A DNA stretch of 48,272 bases. Origin: a bacterium. Its GTDB lineage: Bacteria > Patescibacteriota > Minisyncoccia > Phycocordibacterales > GWA1-40-21. Shown in pieces: positions 9,264 through 19,557 of this stretch; position 1 is the first letter of the stretch; each line of letters begins with the position of its first letter. The DNA is taken from assembly GCA_037131755.1 (NCBI GenBank), contig JBAXQJ010000006.1, positions 1 to 48,272 on the forward strand. The letters are read 5' to 3'. Both the position numbers and the translations under genes were made by a program. The notes under the pieces were generated by a model. The model saw only the letters and a list, made by a program, of their open reading frames with translations, made no database searches and was not told where the DNA came from.

Positions 9264-9566
9264 TTAGTATCTATTTCCTCCGCCTCGGTTGTCAAAATTT
9301 CTTCGTGGAGGTCTCTCTGAAAGAGGCTTTGCCTCGTTCACAGTGAGTTTTCTTCCATCAACTTCTGCACCGTTCATAGAATCGATAGCGGCCATTGCTT
9401 CATCATCGTTTGTCATAGTGACAAAACCGAATCCGCGTGAGCGACCAGTCATCTTATCAACGATAACATTTGCAGCCTCGACCGCTCCCTTTTGTGAGAA
9501 AGCCTCGTTAAGACCAGCATCTGTTGTGCTGTATGAAAGATTTCCAACGTACAATTTCTTTGCCAT
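9264..9566 (-). CDS. RRM RNA-binding protein
   Basis: RNP2 LYVGNL, RNP1 RGFGFVTM and a Gly/Arg-rich tail. Confidence 0.95.
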   Translation of the reverse strand: MAKKLYVGNLSYSTTDAGLNEAFSQKGAVEAANVIVDKMTGRSRGFGFVTMTNDDEAMAAIDSMNGAEVDGRKLTVNEAKPLSERPPRRNFDNRGGGNRY

Positions 9567-9689
9567 TGATATAAAATTTAATCTTTATCGATAGAGCGAC
9601 CCTCCCTTTGGCTAAGAAATTAACTTGCTTAAACCTACGAGAACTTCTACGACCACGCTAGTATAGCACAAATAGGCAAAAGGCACAAA

Positions 9690-9717
9690 TTGACAATACT
9701 AAATTATTTGCTAGTAT
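9690..9717 (+). promoter_or_regulatory. Sigma70 promoter
   Basis: TTGACA-16nt-TAGTAT with a TG extension. Confidence 0.65.
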
Positions 9718-9724
9718 CAAAAAC

Positions 9725-9868
9725 GGAGAAAAGCAACGGTTGTCGGTATGCACGTGCGTTCAACTCGCACAAACCGGGTCATTTCACTCCCTCTTGGAAA
9801 GGTATAGAAAGCTGGCCCGAGAGTTGGAACGGCCCGGCCCGCCAAGAGAGATCTGACTGCTTTTCTCC
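9725..9868 (+). ncRNA. Candidate structured ncRNA (~145 nt), family unknown
   Basis: 11-bp closing stem ggagaaaagca/tgcttttctcc, internal T-arm-like hairpin, own promoter and a downstream terminator-like hairpin. Confidence 0.55.
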
Positions 9869-9903
9869 ATATTTTAACGCCGTGCTTTTACAGACGGTGT
9901 TTT

Positions 9904-10662
9904 TTAATTGCCAATTTTAGTTCTTTTTATTTTCAAAGCCAGGGCCGGAAAGCCTATTTCTTCGCCAATCGCCTGGGCCAGAGACCGCATATAAGTACCA
10001 GAAGTGCAGGAGACACCGATAGTCAAAGTCGGCCAGCTTTGGTCGGCGCATTTTTCGAGAGTCTGCTCCCATTTTGTCCAGCACATGTTTTGGCGAAAAT
10101 TGCCTTTGACGCTAAAGATAGATTCCAGGGCGAAATCGTGCAAATATTTTTTGGAGACAATGCCAAACGATTTGAAACCAATCTTTTTAATTTCGACCTC
10201 TTTTTCCGGCAAATCATTATCTTCGATTCCCTCTTCCTTAGAAATTTCAAATAACGGCCGGCCATTCACTGTTTTGGAAGAAAAACGCGGATATTTTTGC
10301 TGGAAAGTTTTCTCAAACTTCTTAAGCAAGTCTTCAAAATCTTTTTTCTTATAATCTCCCAAAGCATTGAGGGCTCCGACTTTCTGTTCTTCAATCAAAC
10401 CTAAAATATCCTGACTGTCTGTACTAAAACCAAACAAAATAGTCAGCTCATATTCCTTGTCTAGCCCAAGGTATTTTTCTTTCTGCTTACATTCCTCGCC
10501 AACCAAGACCAAAAGCACACCAGACGCCAATGGATCCAGCCGTCCCGCATAAGTCATCTTGTCTTTGGCATATTCCGGATTTTCGGCCTTGAACCTGTTC
10601 AGGCATTCGAGCGGCGTTTCGCCAGGCTTTTTATCCAGTTTCAGGACTTTCTCTTTTTTCAT
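9904..10662 (-). CDS. truB: tRNA pseudouridine(55) synthase TruB-like (no PUA domain)
   Basis: LDKKPGETP, YAGRLDPLASGVL, KEY, CTSGTYMRSLA. Confidence 0.85.
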   Translation of the reverse strand: MKKEKVLKLDKKPGETPLECLNRFKAENPEYAKDKMTYAGRLDPLASGVLLVLVGEECKQKEKYLGLDKEYELTILFGFSTDSQDILGLIEEQKVGALNALGDYKKKDFEDLLKKFEKTFQQKYPRFSSKTVNGRPLFEISKEEGIEDNDLPEKEVEIKKIGFKSFGIVSKKYLHDFALESIFSVKGNFRQNMCWTKWEQTLEKCADQSWPTLTIGVSCTSGTYMRSLAQAIGEEIGFPALALKIKRTKIGN

Positions 10663-10683
10663 ATTTCAGTTAGAATAGCAGTT

Positions 10684-12000
10684 ATGAGCAATAATACAAA
10701 CAAAGACTATAAATTAAGCACCGAGGCCTATAAGGGCGTGCGGGACTTTTACCCGGAAAACATGTTCGTCCAGAACTATATTTTTGGCAAGATGAAAAAA
10801 GTCTGCGAAAGCTACGGCTATAATCAGTATGACGCTTCGGTCTTGGAACCGGCGGATTTGTATAAAGCCAAGTCTGGCGAAGAAATCGTCAATGAACAAA
10901 CCTATACTTTTATCGACCGTGGCGACCGTGAAGTCACCCTCCGGCCGGAAATGACCCCGACTGTCGCTCGAATGGTTGCCGCCCGAAAAATGGAATTACC
11001 TTTCCCTTTGCGCTGGTATTCTATCCCAAACCTATTCCGATACGAGAAACCGCAAAAAGGACGATTGCGAGAACATTGGCAGCTGAATGTCGATCTTTTT
11101 GGCGTTGCCGACAATTCCGCCGAAGTGGAAGTCATTTCGATGGCTTATTCCATCATGAAAGAATTCGGCCTAAAGGATAATGATTTCCAAATTCATCTGA
11201 ACAGCCGAAAAATCATGAATTACATCATGAACGACCTCATGTCTTTGAATGAAGAAACCACCCATAAGGTTTCCAAACTGATCGACAAAAAACAAAAGAT
11301 CAGCAAGGAGGATTTCGACGCCTCGATCAAGGATTTGGTTCCGGAAAAAGCGGAGGAATTTTTGGTCTTGCTTAATTCCCAAAATTTCGAGGAGTTTGCC
11401 TCCAAGCTTCCCCAGGGGGCTGAGATTGCCGAAAGGATCGAAGAGATAAGGACGGTCATCGCCCGGTTGGAAAAACTTGGCATTACTAATGTCATATTCG
11501 ACCAGACTCTCATGCGCGGTTTTGATTATTACACCGGCATTGTTTTTGAAGTCTATGACACCAGTCCGGAAAATCGTCGTGCCGTTTTTGGCGGTGGACG
11601 CTATGATGACCTGCTCGCAATTTTCGGCGGCGAAAAAGTCCCAGCCTTCGGCTTTGGTATGGGCGACGTGGTGATCAAGGATATTTTGGAAACTTACAAC
11701 CTGATGCCAGCCTATCGGCCAAAGACCGATCTCTATATCTGCACGATGGCCAAGGAATACGAGGAATATGCGAACGAGTTGGCCCAGAAATTGCGGGAAA
11801 ACGGTCTGAATGTGGCGATAAACCTGACAACCAAAAAAATCGGCGACCAGATCAAATCAGCCGATAAGCAAAAAATTCCGAACATTATCTGCATTGGTGA
11901 GAATGAAATGAAATCCGGCGAGTTCAAAGTCAAGAATTTACAGACTGGCGAGGAAAAGACAGCCACGGAAGAGGGTCTGGTAAAAATCATAAGAATATAA
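10684..12000 (+). CDS. hisS: Histidyl-tRNA synthetase
   Basis: GVRDF, LRPEMT, FRYEKPQKGRLREHWQ, RGFDYYTG, GGGRYD. Confidence 0.97.
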   Translation: MSNNTNKDYKLSTEAYKGVRDFYPENMFVQNYIFGKMKKVCESYGYNQYDASVLEPADLYKAKSGEEIVNEQTYTFIDRGDREVTLRPEMTPTVARMVAARKMELPFPLRWYSIPNLFRYEKPQKGRLREHWQLNVDLFGVADNSAEVEVISMAYSIMKEFGLKDNDFQIHLNSRKIMNYIMNDLMSLNEETTHKVSKLIDKKQKISKEDFDASIKDLVPEKAEEFLVLLNSQNFEEFASKLPQGAEIAERIEEIRTVIARLEKLGITNVIFDQTLMRGFDYYTGIVFEVYDTSPENRRAVFGGGRYDDLLAIFGGEKVPAFGFGMGDVVIKDILETYNLMPAYRPKTDLYICTMAKEYEEYANELAQKLRENGLNVAINLTTKKIGDQIKSADKQKIPNIICIGENEMKSGEFKVKNLQTGEEKTATEEGLVKIIRI

Positions 12001-12003
12001 TCA

Positions 12004-12576
12004 ATGCGTAAAATAATTTTTGATTGCGAAACTTCAAATGTTTTTACCGACGTCGGCAGTTCTGATGCCGCGGATTTGGATTTGTCTGTTGTTTGCATTT
12101 ATGACAGTGAGACCGACAAGTACAGTTCTTACTTCAAGGAAGAGCTGAAAAACCTCTGGCCGATTTTTGAAAAAGCCGACCTGCTTATCGGCTACAATTC
12201 TGACCATTTCGACATACCGCTCTTAAACAAGTACTACGCTGGCGATCTGTCAAAAATCAAGAGTCTCGACATTCTGAAAGAAATCAGAAATTCGCTTGGC
12301 CGTCGCCTCAAGCTCGATACCATCGCCGAAGCGACACTTGGCAAAAATAAAAGCGGTCATGGCCTTGAGGCTGTCACTTGGTGGAAACAGGGCAAGTATG
12401 ACGAGGTAAAAAAATACTGCCTGGATGACGTTAAAATTACCAAGGAAGTCTATGAATACGCTCTCAAAAACGGTATTTTAAAATACAAAGATAATGGCGA
12501 GATCAAAGAGATAAAGCTCGACACGTCAAAATGGAACGATAAAAGCGAGGCGGCTATCACCCACACCCTCTTCTAA
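12004..12576 (+). CDS. RNase H-like (YprB/RNase_H_2) 3'-5' exonuclease
   Basis: IIFDCET, IGYNSDHFDIP, KLDTIA, YCLDDV. Confidence 0.8.
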   Translation: MRKIIFDCETSNVFTDVGSSDAADLDLSVVCIYDSETDKYSSYFKEELKNLWPIFEKADLLIGYNSDHFDIPLLNKYYAGDLSKIKSLDILKEIRNSLGRRLKLDTIAEATLGKNKSGHGLEAVTWWKQGKYDEVKKYCLDDVKITKEVYEYALKNGILKYKDNGEIKEIKLDTSKWNDKSEAAITHTLF

Positions 12577-12639
12577 TTTTAAATCACAAACAAGCCTATT
12601 TAGACACCTGGTGTCTAAATGGGTTTTTTGTAACGATAT

Positions 12640-13437
12640 TTAGAGCCAAATCAGAATAATAACGGCCAAGACAATACGATATGCTCCGAAATAATTCAGT
12701 GAGTGGTTTCTGAGGAATTTGATAAGAAAGTGGATGGCCAAGAGACCAGAGACAAAGGCAAAAAGGCTGGCCCAGAAGATAGATGAGGCTTCAGAGGCAA
12801 TGGCGCCAGATTTTATTATTTCCAAAAGTTTTAAAAGACCGGAACCAAGAATGACCGGTAAAGCCAAAAGGAAACTAAAACGGGTAGCTGCTTCCCTATT
12901 CAAACCGACAAGTAATCCGCCAGAGATGGTGGCGCCGGAACGCGAGAAACCGGGAACCAGGGCTAAACACTGGAATAGACCGACCGCCAAACCTTTTTTC
13001 GGCGAAATCTCAGAATTGTATTTGGCAAACTTCTCAGCAAAATAGAACAATATGGAACCAAGTATCAAACTAACAGCCACGATCACGGTGGAGTCACGGA
13101 AAACCGTGTCCATCTTTTTTTCTAACAGCAAACCAAAAATAACGGCGGGGACAGAACCGATAATAATTGGCAATATCATATTTTTATATTTCTCCTCAGC
13201 TGGCTTTTTCGAAATCCAGGCGATGAAGGCTAAAATAATGTTCCAGATGTCTTTCCAAAAATAAATCACGACTGCCAGAGTGGCGGCGAGCTGAACTACC
13301 GCATCAAAGGCCAAAGAACCCTGAAGTTGCAGGCCCATTAATTTCCTGGCCATGATCAAGTGTCCGGAAGAAGAAACGGGTACGAATTCCGTCAAACCTT
13401 CGACTAAACCTAAAATTGCTGAGTGTATTATTGTCAT
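12640..13437 (-). CDS. uppP: Undecaprenyl-diphosphatase
   Basis: GLVEGLTEFVPVSSSGH, PGFSRSGATI, FGAYRI. Confidence 0.95.
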   Translation of the reverse strand: MTIIHSAILGLVEGLTEFVPVSSSGHLIMARKLMGLQLQGSLAFDAVVQLAATLAVVIYFWKDIWNIILAFIAWISKKPAEEKYKNMILPIIIGSVPAVIFGLLLEKKMDTVFRDSTVIVAVSLILGSILFYFAEKFAKYNSEISPKKGLAVGLFQCLALVPGFSRSGATISGGLLVGLNREAATRFSFLLALPVILGSGLLKLLEIIKSGAIASEASSIFWASLFAFVSGLLAIHFLIKFLRNHSLNYFGAYRIVLAVIILIWL

Positions 13438-13439
13438 AA

Positions 13440-14180
13440 CTAAATTCCCGCCAATTTAATGGCAAAATATATTACTAAAATTCCAGCAACCGACATGACC
13501 GTGGTCCATTTGGTCGGATGATTGTGATGACTTTCCGGCAAGAGGTCGCTCGCACCGATATACAAAAAGAAACCGGCAAATACCGCGAGGGTTACTCCGA
13601 GGCCAAAATCATCGACAATGAATAATGTCGAACAAAGCACGCCGAGGGCCGGGGCGATCGAGTCCATTGCCAGCCACTTCAAGGCGGTTTTTTGGTCGCC
13701 ATTATTTTTCAAAATCATCCCGACAGTATTGATACCATCGGAAAAATCATGAACAAGCACGGCCACAGCCACGATTACCCCGACAACGGTCGAAACTTGA
13801 AAAGCCAGGCCGATTCCGAGTCCATCGATAAAACTATGTATTGATAGGCTGCCCGCCCCAAGACTGCCCTTTGGACTGCAACATTCGCCGTCATCATGAT
13901 CATGCGAGTGACTTTTGGCGTGAAAGTACCGGAAGACAATCATATAGACCACAAATCCCAGGGCAATGATCGATAACGTCTGCGAGCTAGTCAATCGATC
14001 GCTGGTGAGATCAAGCGCCTCTGGAATCAAGTCAAAAAACACTACCCCCACAACCGCCCCGGCGCTAAAACCCAATATTAAATGGAGCTTGTCCTTGAAT
14101 TTCAAGGCCAGTAAACCGCCGAGGAAAGTCGCAATAAAAGCTCCCAAAGCAATTAAAATAATCATCAGGACATTATACAT
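13440..14180 (-). CDS. ZIP family metal transporter
   Basis: His-rich loop HSHDHD, HSFIDG, HDFSDG, SDLLPE. Confidence 0.9.
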   Translation of the reverse strand: MYNVLMIILIALGAFIATFLGGLLALKFKDKLHLILGFSAGAVVGVVFFDLIPEALDLTSDRLTSSQTLSIIALGFVVYMIVFRYFHAKSHSHDHDDGECCSPKGSLGAGSLSIHSFIDGLGIGLAFQVSTVVGVIVAVAVLVHDFSDGINTVGMILKNNGDQKTALKWLAMDSIAPALGVLCSTLFIVDDFGLGVTLAVFAGFFLYIGASDLLPESHHNHPTKWTTVMSVAGILVIYFAIKLAGI

Positions 14181-14234
14181 AAAAATATATCGATATGCTA
14201 TAATACGCCCATACTAAATTAATAAGATAAAGTT

Positions 14235-14990
14235 ATGGAACAAAAAAACAGCTTAATCATTCCGATTGCGATCGTCGTCGCCGGCGCTCTCATCGGCGGG
14301 GCAATATATTTTACCGGGTCCCCTTCCGCTTCAAAGACTTCCCAAGTGGCGCAAGTCAAAACTGTCGCTCCGATTTCCAAGGATGATCATATCCTGGGCA
14401 ATCCCAACGCCAAAGTAACCATCTTGGAATACGGCGATACCGAATGTCCGCCTTGCAAGTTTTTCCACGGCGTCATGCATCAGGTAATGGATAATTATGG
14501 CAAGAGTGGCGACGTCGCCTGGGTCTTCCGCCATATGCCGATCGACGGACTTCATCCTAAAGCCAGAAAGGAAGCCGAGGCAACAGAATGCGCCAATGAG
14601 CTTGGTGGCAATGACATGTTCTGGAACTATTTGAATAAAATTTACGAAATCACTCCATCAAACAACAACCTGGCGACCTCATCCCTTCTCACCATCGCCC
14701 AGGGTTTGAAATTGGACATGACGAAATTTACCTCCTGTCTGGATAGCGGAAAATACGCCGCCGAAGTAGAAAAAGACTATCAGGATGGTTATATCGCTAC
14801 CAACTATCAGCCAGCCACTCCGCATGTGCGCTTTATCGTCAAAGGCGGAATCACCTCTGATGTCAAGCTCAAATTAGTCCAACTGTTCGGCAACAACCTC
14901 GACTATACCGGAACGGATACTGTCGATATCGCCGGAGCCCTCCAGTATGACGGTATGAAAGCCTTGATTGATACCCTGTTGGGAAAATAA
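14235..14990 (+). CDS. Membrane-anchored DsbA/thioredoxin-family protein
   Basis: N-terminal TM helix, GNPNAKVTILEYGDTECPPC (CxxC), FRHMP, ATP cis-Pro loop. Confidence 0.88.
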   Translation: MEQKNSLIIPIAIVVAGALIGGAIYFTGSPSASKTSQVAQVKTVAPISKDDHILGNPNAKVTILEYGDTECPPCKFFHGVMHQVMDNYGKSGDVAWVFRHMPIDGLHPKARKEAEATECANELGGNDMFWNYLNKIYEITPSNNNLATSSLLTIAQGLKLDMTKFTSCLDSGKYAAEVEKDYQDGYIATNYQPATPHVRFIVKGGITSDVKLKLVQLFGNNLDYTGTDTVDIAGALQYDGMKALIDTLLGK

Positions 14991-15144
14991 AAGCGGTATT
15001 TAAACCCTTATATTGCCTTCCTCGGCTCGGAAATGAAAAAGATTACTTCTTCATTTCGCTCGCTCTACGTCGGCAATAATCCTCTCGAGGATATAAAAAA
15101 CACCCGGCTTGTCGCAAGGACAGCGGGTGTTTTTAGTTTATAGG

Positions 15145-15375
15145 CTATTTTGATTTTGGCCTGAAGACCTTGCGCTTGAAGGTCACCTTACCCAAAGCAA
15201 AATGTATTTTTACTTCTCCCGATAGCACTGCTTCGACGCCACGAATCAGATCAGCCCTAGCCAACAGTCCGCCTTCTGACAATAAATCGTCATAGCGAGC
15301 CATTGGAATCTTGTCCGGATCAATGCCGGCACGCAAGATCGTTGAGACCTGCAAGAACTTTATCTGCTTGGACAT
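15145..15375 (-). CDS. Small hypothetical protein
   Basis: 76-aa ORF with GAAAGG SD and a downstream hairpin. Confidence 0.5.
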   Translation of the reverse strand: MSKQIKFLQVSTILRAGIDPDKIPMARYDDLLSEGGLLARADLIRGVEAVLSGEVKIHFALGKVTFKRKVFRPKSK

Positions 15376-15478
15376 AAAATAACAGCCTTTCTCAAAAATG
15401 TTTAAACAACAAAACCAGACTCATTATTTCATATCGCGAAAGTAAAGAATAGATTGACAGAACCGGGGTTAAAATCTG

Positions 15479-18400
15479 CTAATCTTTCAGTAAATCTTCT
15501 TCAAAAGCCAGAATACCCTTGTTATCCTTGGAATATTTGGAAATATCGGGAAAATCCAGATTTATTATTTTTTTATAGACGACACTGATCAGCCGTTCTA
15601 GCTTTTCTACCTCTTCATGAGCGATGGCCTTACTCAAGGAAATTGCTTTACCATTTTTGGTTTCAATAAAATCAATTACCCCTTTTTGGACCTTAAATTT
15701 ATGAGAAAATTCGCGGGAATTTTCCACCAGAATCTTGTAATAGGCTAGCTGACGCTGATAATTTATTGTTTTCTTTTGCTTATACGGATCACTTTCTTCC
15801 CAAGAGACTAGCGGCTTACCGGTTTTATAATCCAAAACCGCACATTCACCTGCTCCCAAATCAATAATTCGATCTATTTTACCAGTTAAATGTGCCTCAC
15901 CAACGACGACGCCTTGATCTTTAAAATTAAATTCAACGATATCACCGGTTTTAAAATTATTTTTGTTCTGATCATAATATTGGCCAAGTTCAGATACGCC
16001 CTTGCCAACATAAAAGTCGTAGTCGATCTTGTTCATTTTTTCGCGTTTAAGGAAATCAATAAACCATTTCAGGACATCTTCTTTCTCCGGTAAGCAATTA
16101 TTTTTTTTCAAATACAGAGAGACGCTCTCAAGTGTTCGGTGGACGGCGCTGCCATAAGAACTCGAGGATACTTTGGCTTGGGGAAATCTGAGCAGATTTT
16201 GTTCCAAAAAATATTGCGGGCCGCCTTTTTCCACATCGAGAAAGTTATTCAGATGCGTGATTGGCATTTGATAGTCCTCGAGCAGGGATTTGAGCAATTT
16301 TTCTTCCGAACCGACAAACGGCGCCGTATGGAATTTCAACCAGGAAGCCGTGAGTACTTCGTGGGTTTCCGGAAGCTCGATTGCCTCGATCGAAGCGTCA
16401 GGACCGTAATAAAGCTTCTGCAGGGACGCTTTTTTCATTATTGCTTCATCACCCTCTTCGGCGATCAAAAAGCGGAGTTTTTCAGAACTTTCCCCGTCTT
16501 CTTTGTTCAAATATGAAGTCAAATAAAGGTTTCTTTTGGCGCGAGTGATGGCGACATAAAACAAGCGAAGCTGATCATCTTCGGTATCGCCAGCCGGTTC
16601 GATCGGCAAATTGGTCGGCAGGGCCAAACGGTTGGGAATTTTTCGTCCAGCCCAAATTTCTTCCTGGCACGACAAGACGAACACGGTTTCAAACTCCAAA
16701 CCTTTGGCCTTATGCGAGGTGAGCAGGCTGACGGCTTCGCCCAATTTGGAAAACGGGCTCTGATCGTTCAAGGAAATATTATTTTTTTCATGCAAGTCAA
16801 CAAAAGCTATCAGATCTTTTAGCGACAATGTCTCACCGCTCTTGTATTCCCGCAAGGCATTCACAAAGACTCGCAAGCTTGACAAAAAGGTGAGATATTC
16901 CGCTCGGGCATGAGAAAATTTTTCGCGGCTGAAATAAAATTCCTTAAAAGGCGACCGGAATATTTTGGCTGTTTTATTTTCAGCAGGATTTTCATCGGGA
17001 TCGTCTTCGGACTCCGCGGCCAGCGGCGCGTGGGCGCCAATCAGATCATCAAGTATCTGTTCGAGAGTTTCGGACTGAGCTCGGACGCCAAGATCGATCA
17101 GGAATTTTGCGATATCGGCAATCCTTTGTTCGGGATAAGATAGCATGACTTCAAGCCAAGTCTTGCCGAATTCTCCTCGTCGCGCCTCTAGGGATATTTT
17201 CCAAATATCTTCACGAGATAATTGCCAAAATGGAAAACTCAAAATGCTGGGCAATAGCTCATCGGCTTCATCCTGGTGTTTGTCAGCCAAACTGCAAATG
17301 AATTTGGCCAGAATGATGAGCTCGGCGACATGTGGCTCCTTGAAGACATCCTGTTCCCTCTCATAACGAATTGGGACGCCAACACTCTGAAGATACGGCA
17401 CCAAAGCCTGCAACTGGCTGTGTTTTCTGGCAATAACCGCGATTTCTTCCGGCCTATGACCAGCTTCGATCGCTTTTTTAATTTCTCGGGAAATATAATG
17501 ATACTCGTGGGCATTGGTTGGAAATACGCGCTCGGTTATATTGCCTGGTTTCAGGTTTTTGTTTGAAGCCAGAAGATCTTTTTTTATTTCTGGAATAATT
17601 TTTTCCAGGCGTTCTTCGCCTTTGCGGATGATGTGCATTGCCACATCCAAAATATCCTGGGACGAACGGTAATTATCGGTCATGGTCACAATCTCGACAT
17701 CTTTAAATAATTTCTTGAAATTTAAGATATTGGAAAGTTCGGCACCTTGGAATTTGTAGACGGCCTGGTCATCGTCACCGACCGCCATAATGTTCGGCCG
17801 GCCTTCATAAACCGCCGCGTCAGTGATATGACGCAAAATTTTCATTTGGGCATCGTTAGTGTCTTGGAATTCATCCACTAGGACGTACTGGTACTGCTCC
17901 TGAATTTCATAGCGCAGGGCCGGATTATTTTTCAAAGCCGTCAGCACGTCTAAGATCATATCGTCAAAATCATACAGGCCTTTTTCGTGCATGAGGCCTT
18001 GATAACGCTCATACAGTTCAGCGACGGCAATCATTTTTTCCATATTGACTTCGTCCTTAAAAACGCTCTCGCCGTCATCGTTTTTCCGGAGATATTTTTG
18101 TTTCCAGGCGCTCAAAAATGTCGTTTTTCCCGCTTCCGCCGACTGGTCGACCGCTCGCCTTAGCGAGTCGGCAATCACCGCTGGCAAGGACTGATAAAAA
18201 TCCGAAGGGAAATCAGCCTGATATTTCTTCGCTATGCCGACGATATTTTCGGCGACCAGGCCGATTTTACCGATAGTATCTTTGGATAGGCGGTCGGAGA
18301 GGTTGCTGGCCATGAGCGGACTGATTTCTTTTAACGCCTTCTGGTTGTGTTTCAAGATTGCCAAAAACTCTTGGGGATTCAAACCCGCTTTTTTCAGATA

Positions 18401-18871
18401 GCTGATGACGCCAAGAACGCTTCGCAAATAGACATACCCCTGTTCTGGATGATATGAGGACAATGGGTGGTCGTGAGGCATTTTTTCAAACAGCCCCTCC
18501 ATCGCTTCGATTTGTGCCAGTTCATCGGCCGGCGAAAAAAAGGCGCCGCCATAAAAGTATTGGGGATATTTTTGGATTATTTCCACGCAAAAATTATGAA
18601 AAGTGTGGATTGCCACCCGATACGCTTCCGCACCGATGAGAGACGTCAAGCGTTTGCGCATATTCAGGGTGGCTGACTCGGTAAAGGTCAGACACAGAAT
18701 GTTTGAAGCCAGGACTTGCGTTTCCTGTAATATTTTTCCCACACGCAGGCTCAAAATTTCCGTCTTGCCGGAGCCTGGACCGGCTACTACCAACAGCGGT
18801 CCCTCGATCGTGTCGACGGCCTGCCTTTGTTTTTTATTTAATTGCGAATAGCGATCTTTGAATGACGACAT
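15479..18871 (-). CDS. UvrD/AddA-like ATP-dependent helicase with C-terminal PD-(D/E)XK nuclease
   Basis: AGPGSGKT, VDEFQD, GDDDQAVY, HKAKGLEF, YVAITRA; C-terminal GKIDR..LDYKTG..QLAYY. Confidence 0.92.
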   Translation of the reverse strand: MSSFKDRYSQLNKKQRQAVDTIEGPLLVVAGPGSGKTEILSLRVGKILQETQVLASNILCLTFTESATLNMRKRLTSLIGAEAYRVAIHTFHNFCVEIIQKYPQYFYGGAFFSPADELAQIEAMEGLFEKMPHDHPLSSYHPEQGYVYLRSVLGVISYLKKAGLNPQEFLAILKHNQKALKEISPLMASNLSDRLSKDTIGKIGLVAENIVGIAKKYQADFPSDFYQSLPAVIADSLRRAVDQSAEAGKTTFLSAWKQKYLRKNDDGESVFKDEVNMEKMIAVAELYERYQGLMHEKGLYDFDDMILDVLTALKNNPALRYEIQEQYQYVLVDEFQDTNDAQMKILRHITDAAVYEGRPNIMAVGDDDQAVYKFQGAELSNILNFKKLFKDVEIVTMTDNYRSSQDILDVAMHIIRKGEERLEKIIPEIKKDLLASNKNLKPGNITERVFPTNAHEYHYISREIKKAIEAGHRPEEIAVIARKHSQLQALVPYLQSVGVPIRYEREQDVFKEPHVAELIILAKFICSLADKHQDEADELLPSILSFPFWQLSREDIWKISLEARRGEFGKTWLEVMLSYPEQRIADIAKFLIDLGVRAQSETLEQILDDLIGAHAPLAAESEDDPDENPAENKTAKIFRSPFKEFYFSREKFSHARAEYLTFLSSLRVFVNALREYKSGETLSLKDLIAFVDLHEKNNISLNDQSPFSKLGEAVSLLTSHKAKGLEFETVFVLSCQEEIWAGRKIPNRLALPTNLPIEPAGDTEDDQLRLFYVAITRAKRNLYLTSYLNKEDGESSEKLRFLIAEEGDEAIMKKASLQKLYYGPDASIEAIELPETHEVLTASWLKFHTAPFVGSEEKLLKSLLEDYQMPITHLNNFLDVEKGGPQYFLEQNLLRFPQAKVSSSSYGSAVHRTLESVSLYLKKNNCLPEKEDVLKWFIDFLKREKMNKIDYDFYVGKGVSELGQYYDQNKNNFKTGDIVEFNFKDQGVVVGEAHLTGKIDRIIDLGAGECAVLDYKTGKPLVSWEESDPYKQKKTINYQRQLAYYKILVENSREFSHKFKVQKGVIDFIETKNGKAISLSKAIAHEEVEKLERLISVVYKKIINLDFPDISKYSKDNKGILAFEEDLLKD

Positions 18872-18965
18872 GGGGTAATTCTAACACAAAAGGGGAAATT
18901 TTAGATAAATTTTCGGCAATATTCAGCCCCGCCTGCAACAGGCGGGGCTTTTGGGAATCAGCCGA

Positions 18966-19139
18966 TCAGTTCGGGTAAACAGTGCCGCAAGGTTTGACCC
19001 ATTTACGCTGGGAACCGCTGCTCAGCATCACCTCTTGGGCAGTATCCAGTTCGCCCACATCCCAACCCTTGTCTAGATAATAGAGAACCATTTTTGCCTG
19101 CGCCTCGGTACATTTACTCCGAATATCCGATTCACTCAT
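18966..19139 (-). CDS. Small hypothetical protein (57 aa)
   Basis: MSESDIRSK start behind a GAAAGGAAAG SD; terminator hairpin at ~18925-18949. Confidence 0.5.
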   Translation of the reverse strand: MSESDIRSKCTEAQAKMVLYYLDKGWDVGELDTAQEVMLSSGSQRKWVKPCGTVYPN

Positions 19140-19272
19140 ATGACTTTCCTTTCTATAACATTTCCACCAAACTCTGACAGAAATGATACCGCACCTTATA
19201 AAAAAATCAAGCGGAGAGAGATAATCATTTAAAAAACCGTTCGTCTGGAACGAACGGTAGTGAATCATCGGA

Positions 19273-19557
19273 TCAGGCGCCAATCGGCGGCGCTGCCACC
19301 TGTTTCAGCAATTTGGAAAATCGCCAGGAAATTTCAGCCACATGCATGCGATTGTGGACAGAACGGTAACGACGGAACAAATACCGCAACTCCGTTTTCT
19401 GTTCCATATCCAACGGGTGGATTTGGACCAATTCCACGATTGCCCTATCCAGATCGCCGATAGCCAGACGATTCACTCTTTCGTGGCATCGTAAACGTAG
19501 CTGGCACCGTTCACACATCTTCTCCGGACTGCATCCCAAACAAAACTCTATCTTCAT
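19273..19557 (-). CDS. Small Cys-rich hypothetical protein
   Basis: CLGC-x5-CERC motif; AAAGG-type SD. Confidence 0.45.
   Translation of the reverse strand: MKIEFCLGCSPEKMCERCQLRLRCHERVNRLAIGDLDRAIVELVQIHPLDMEQKTELRYLFRRYRSVHNRMHVAEISWRFSKLLKQVAAPPIGA

Noticed and set aside
9690-9920. 76-aa ORF
   Set aside because: Its TTG start lies within the -35 box and it has no SD; an ncRNA explains the region better.
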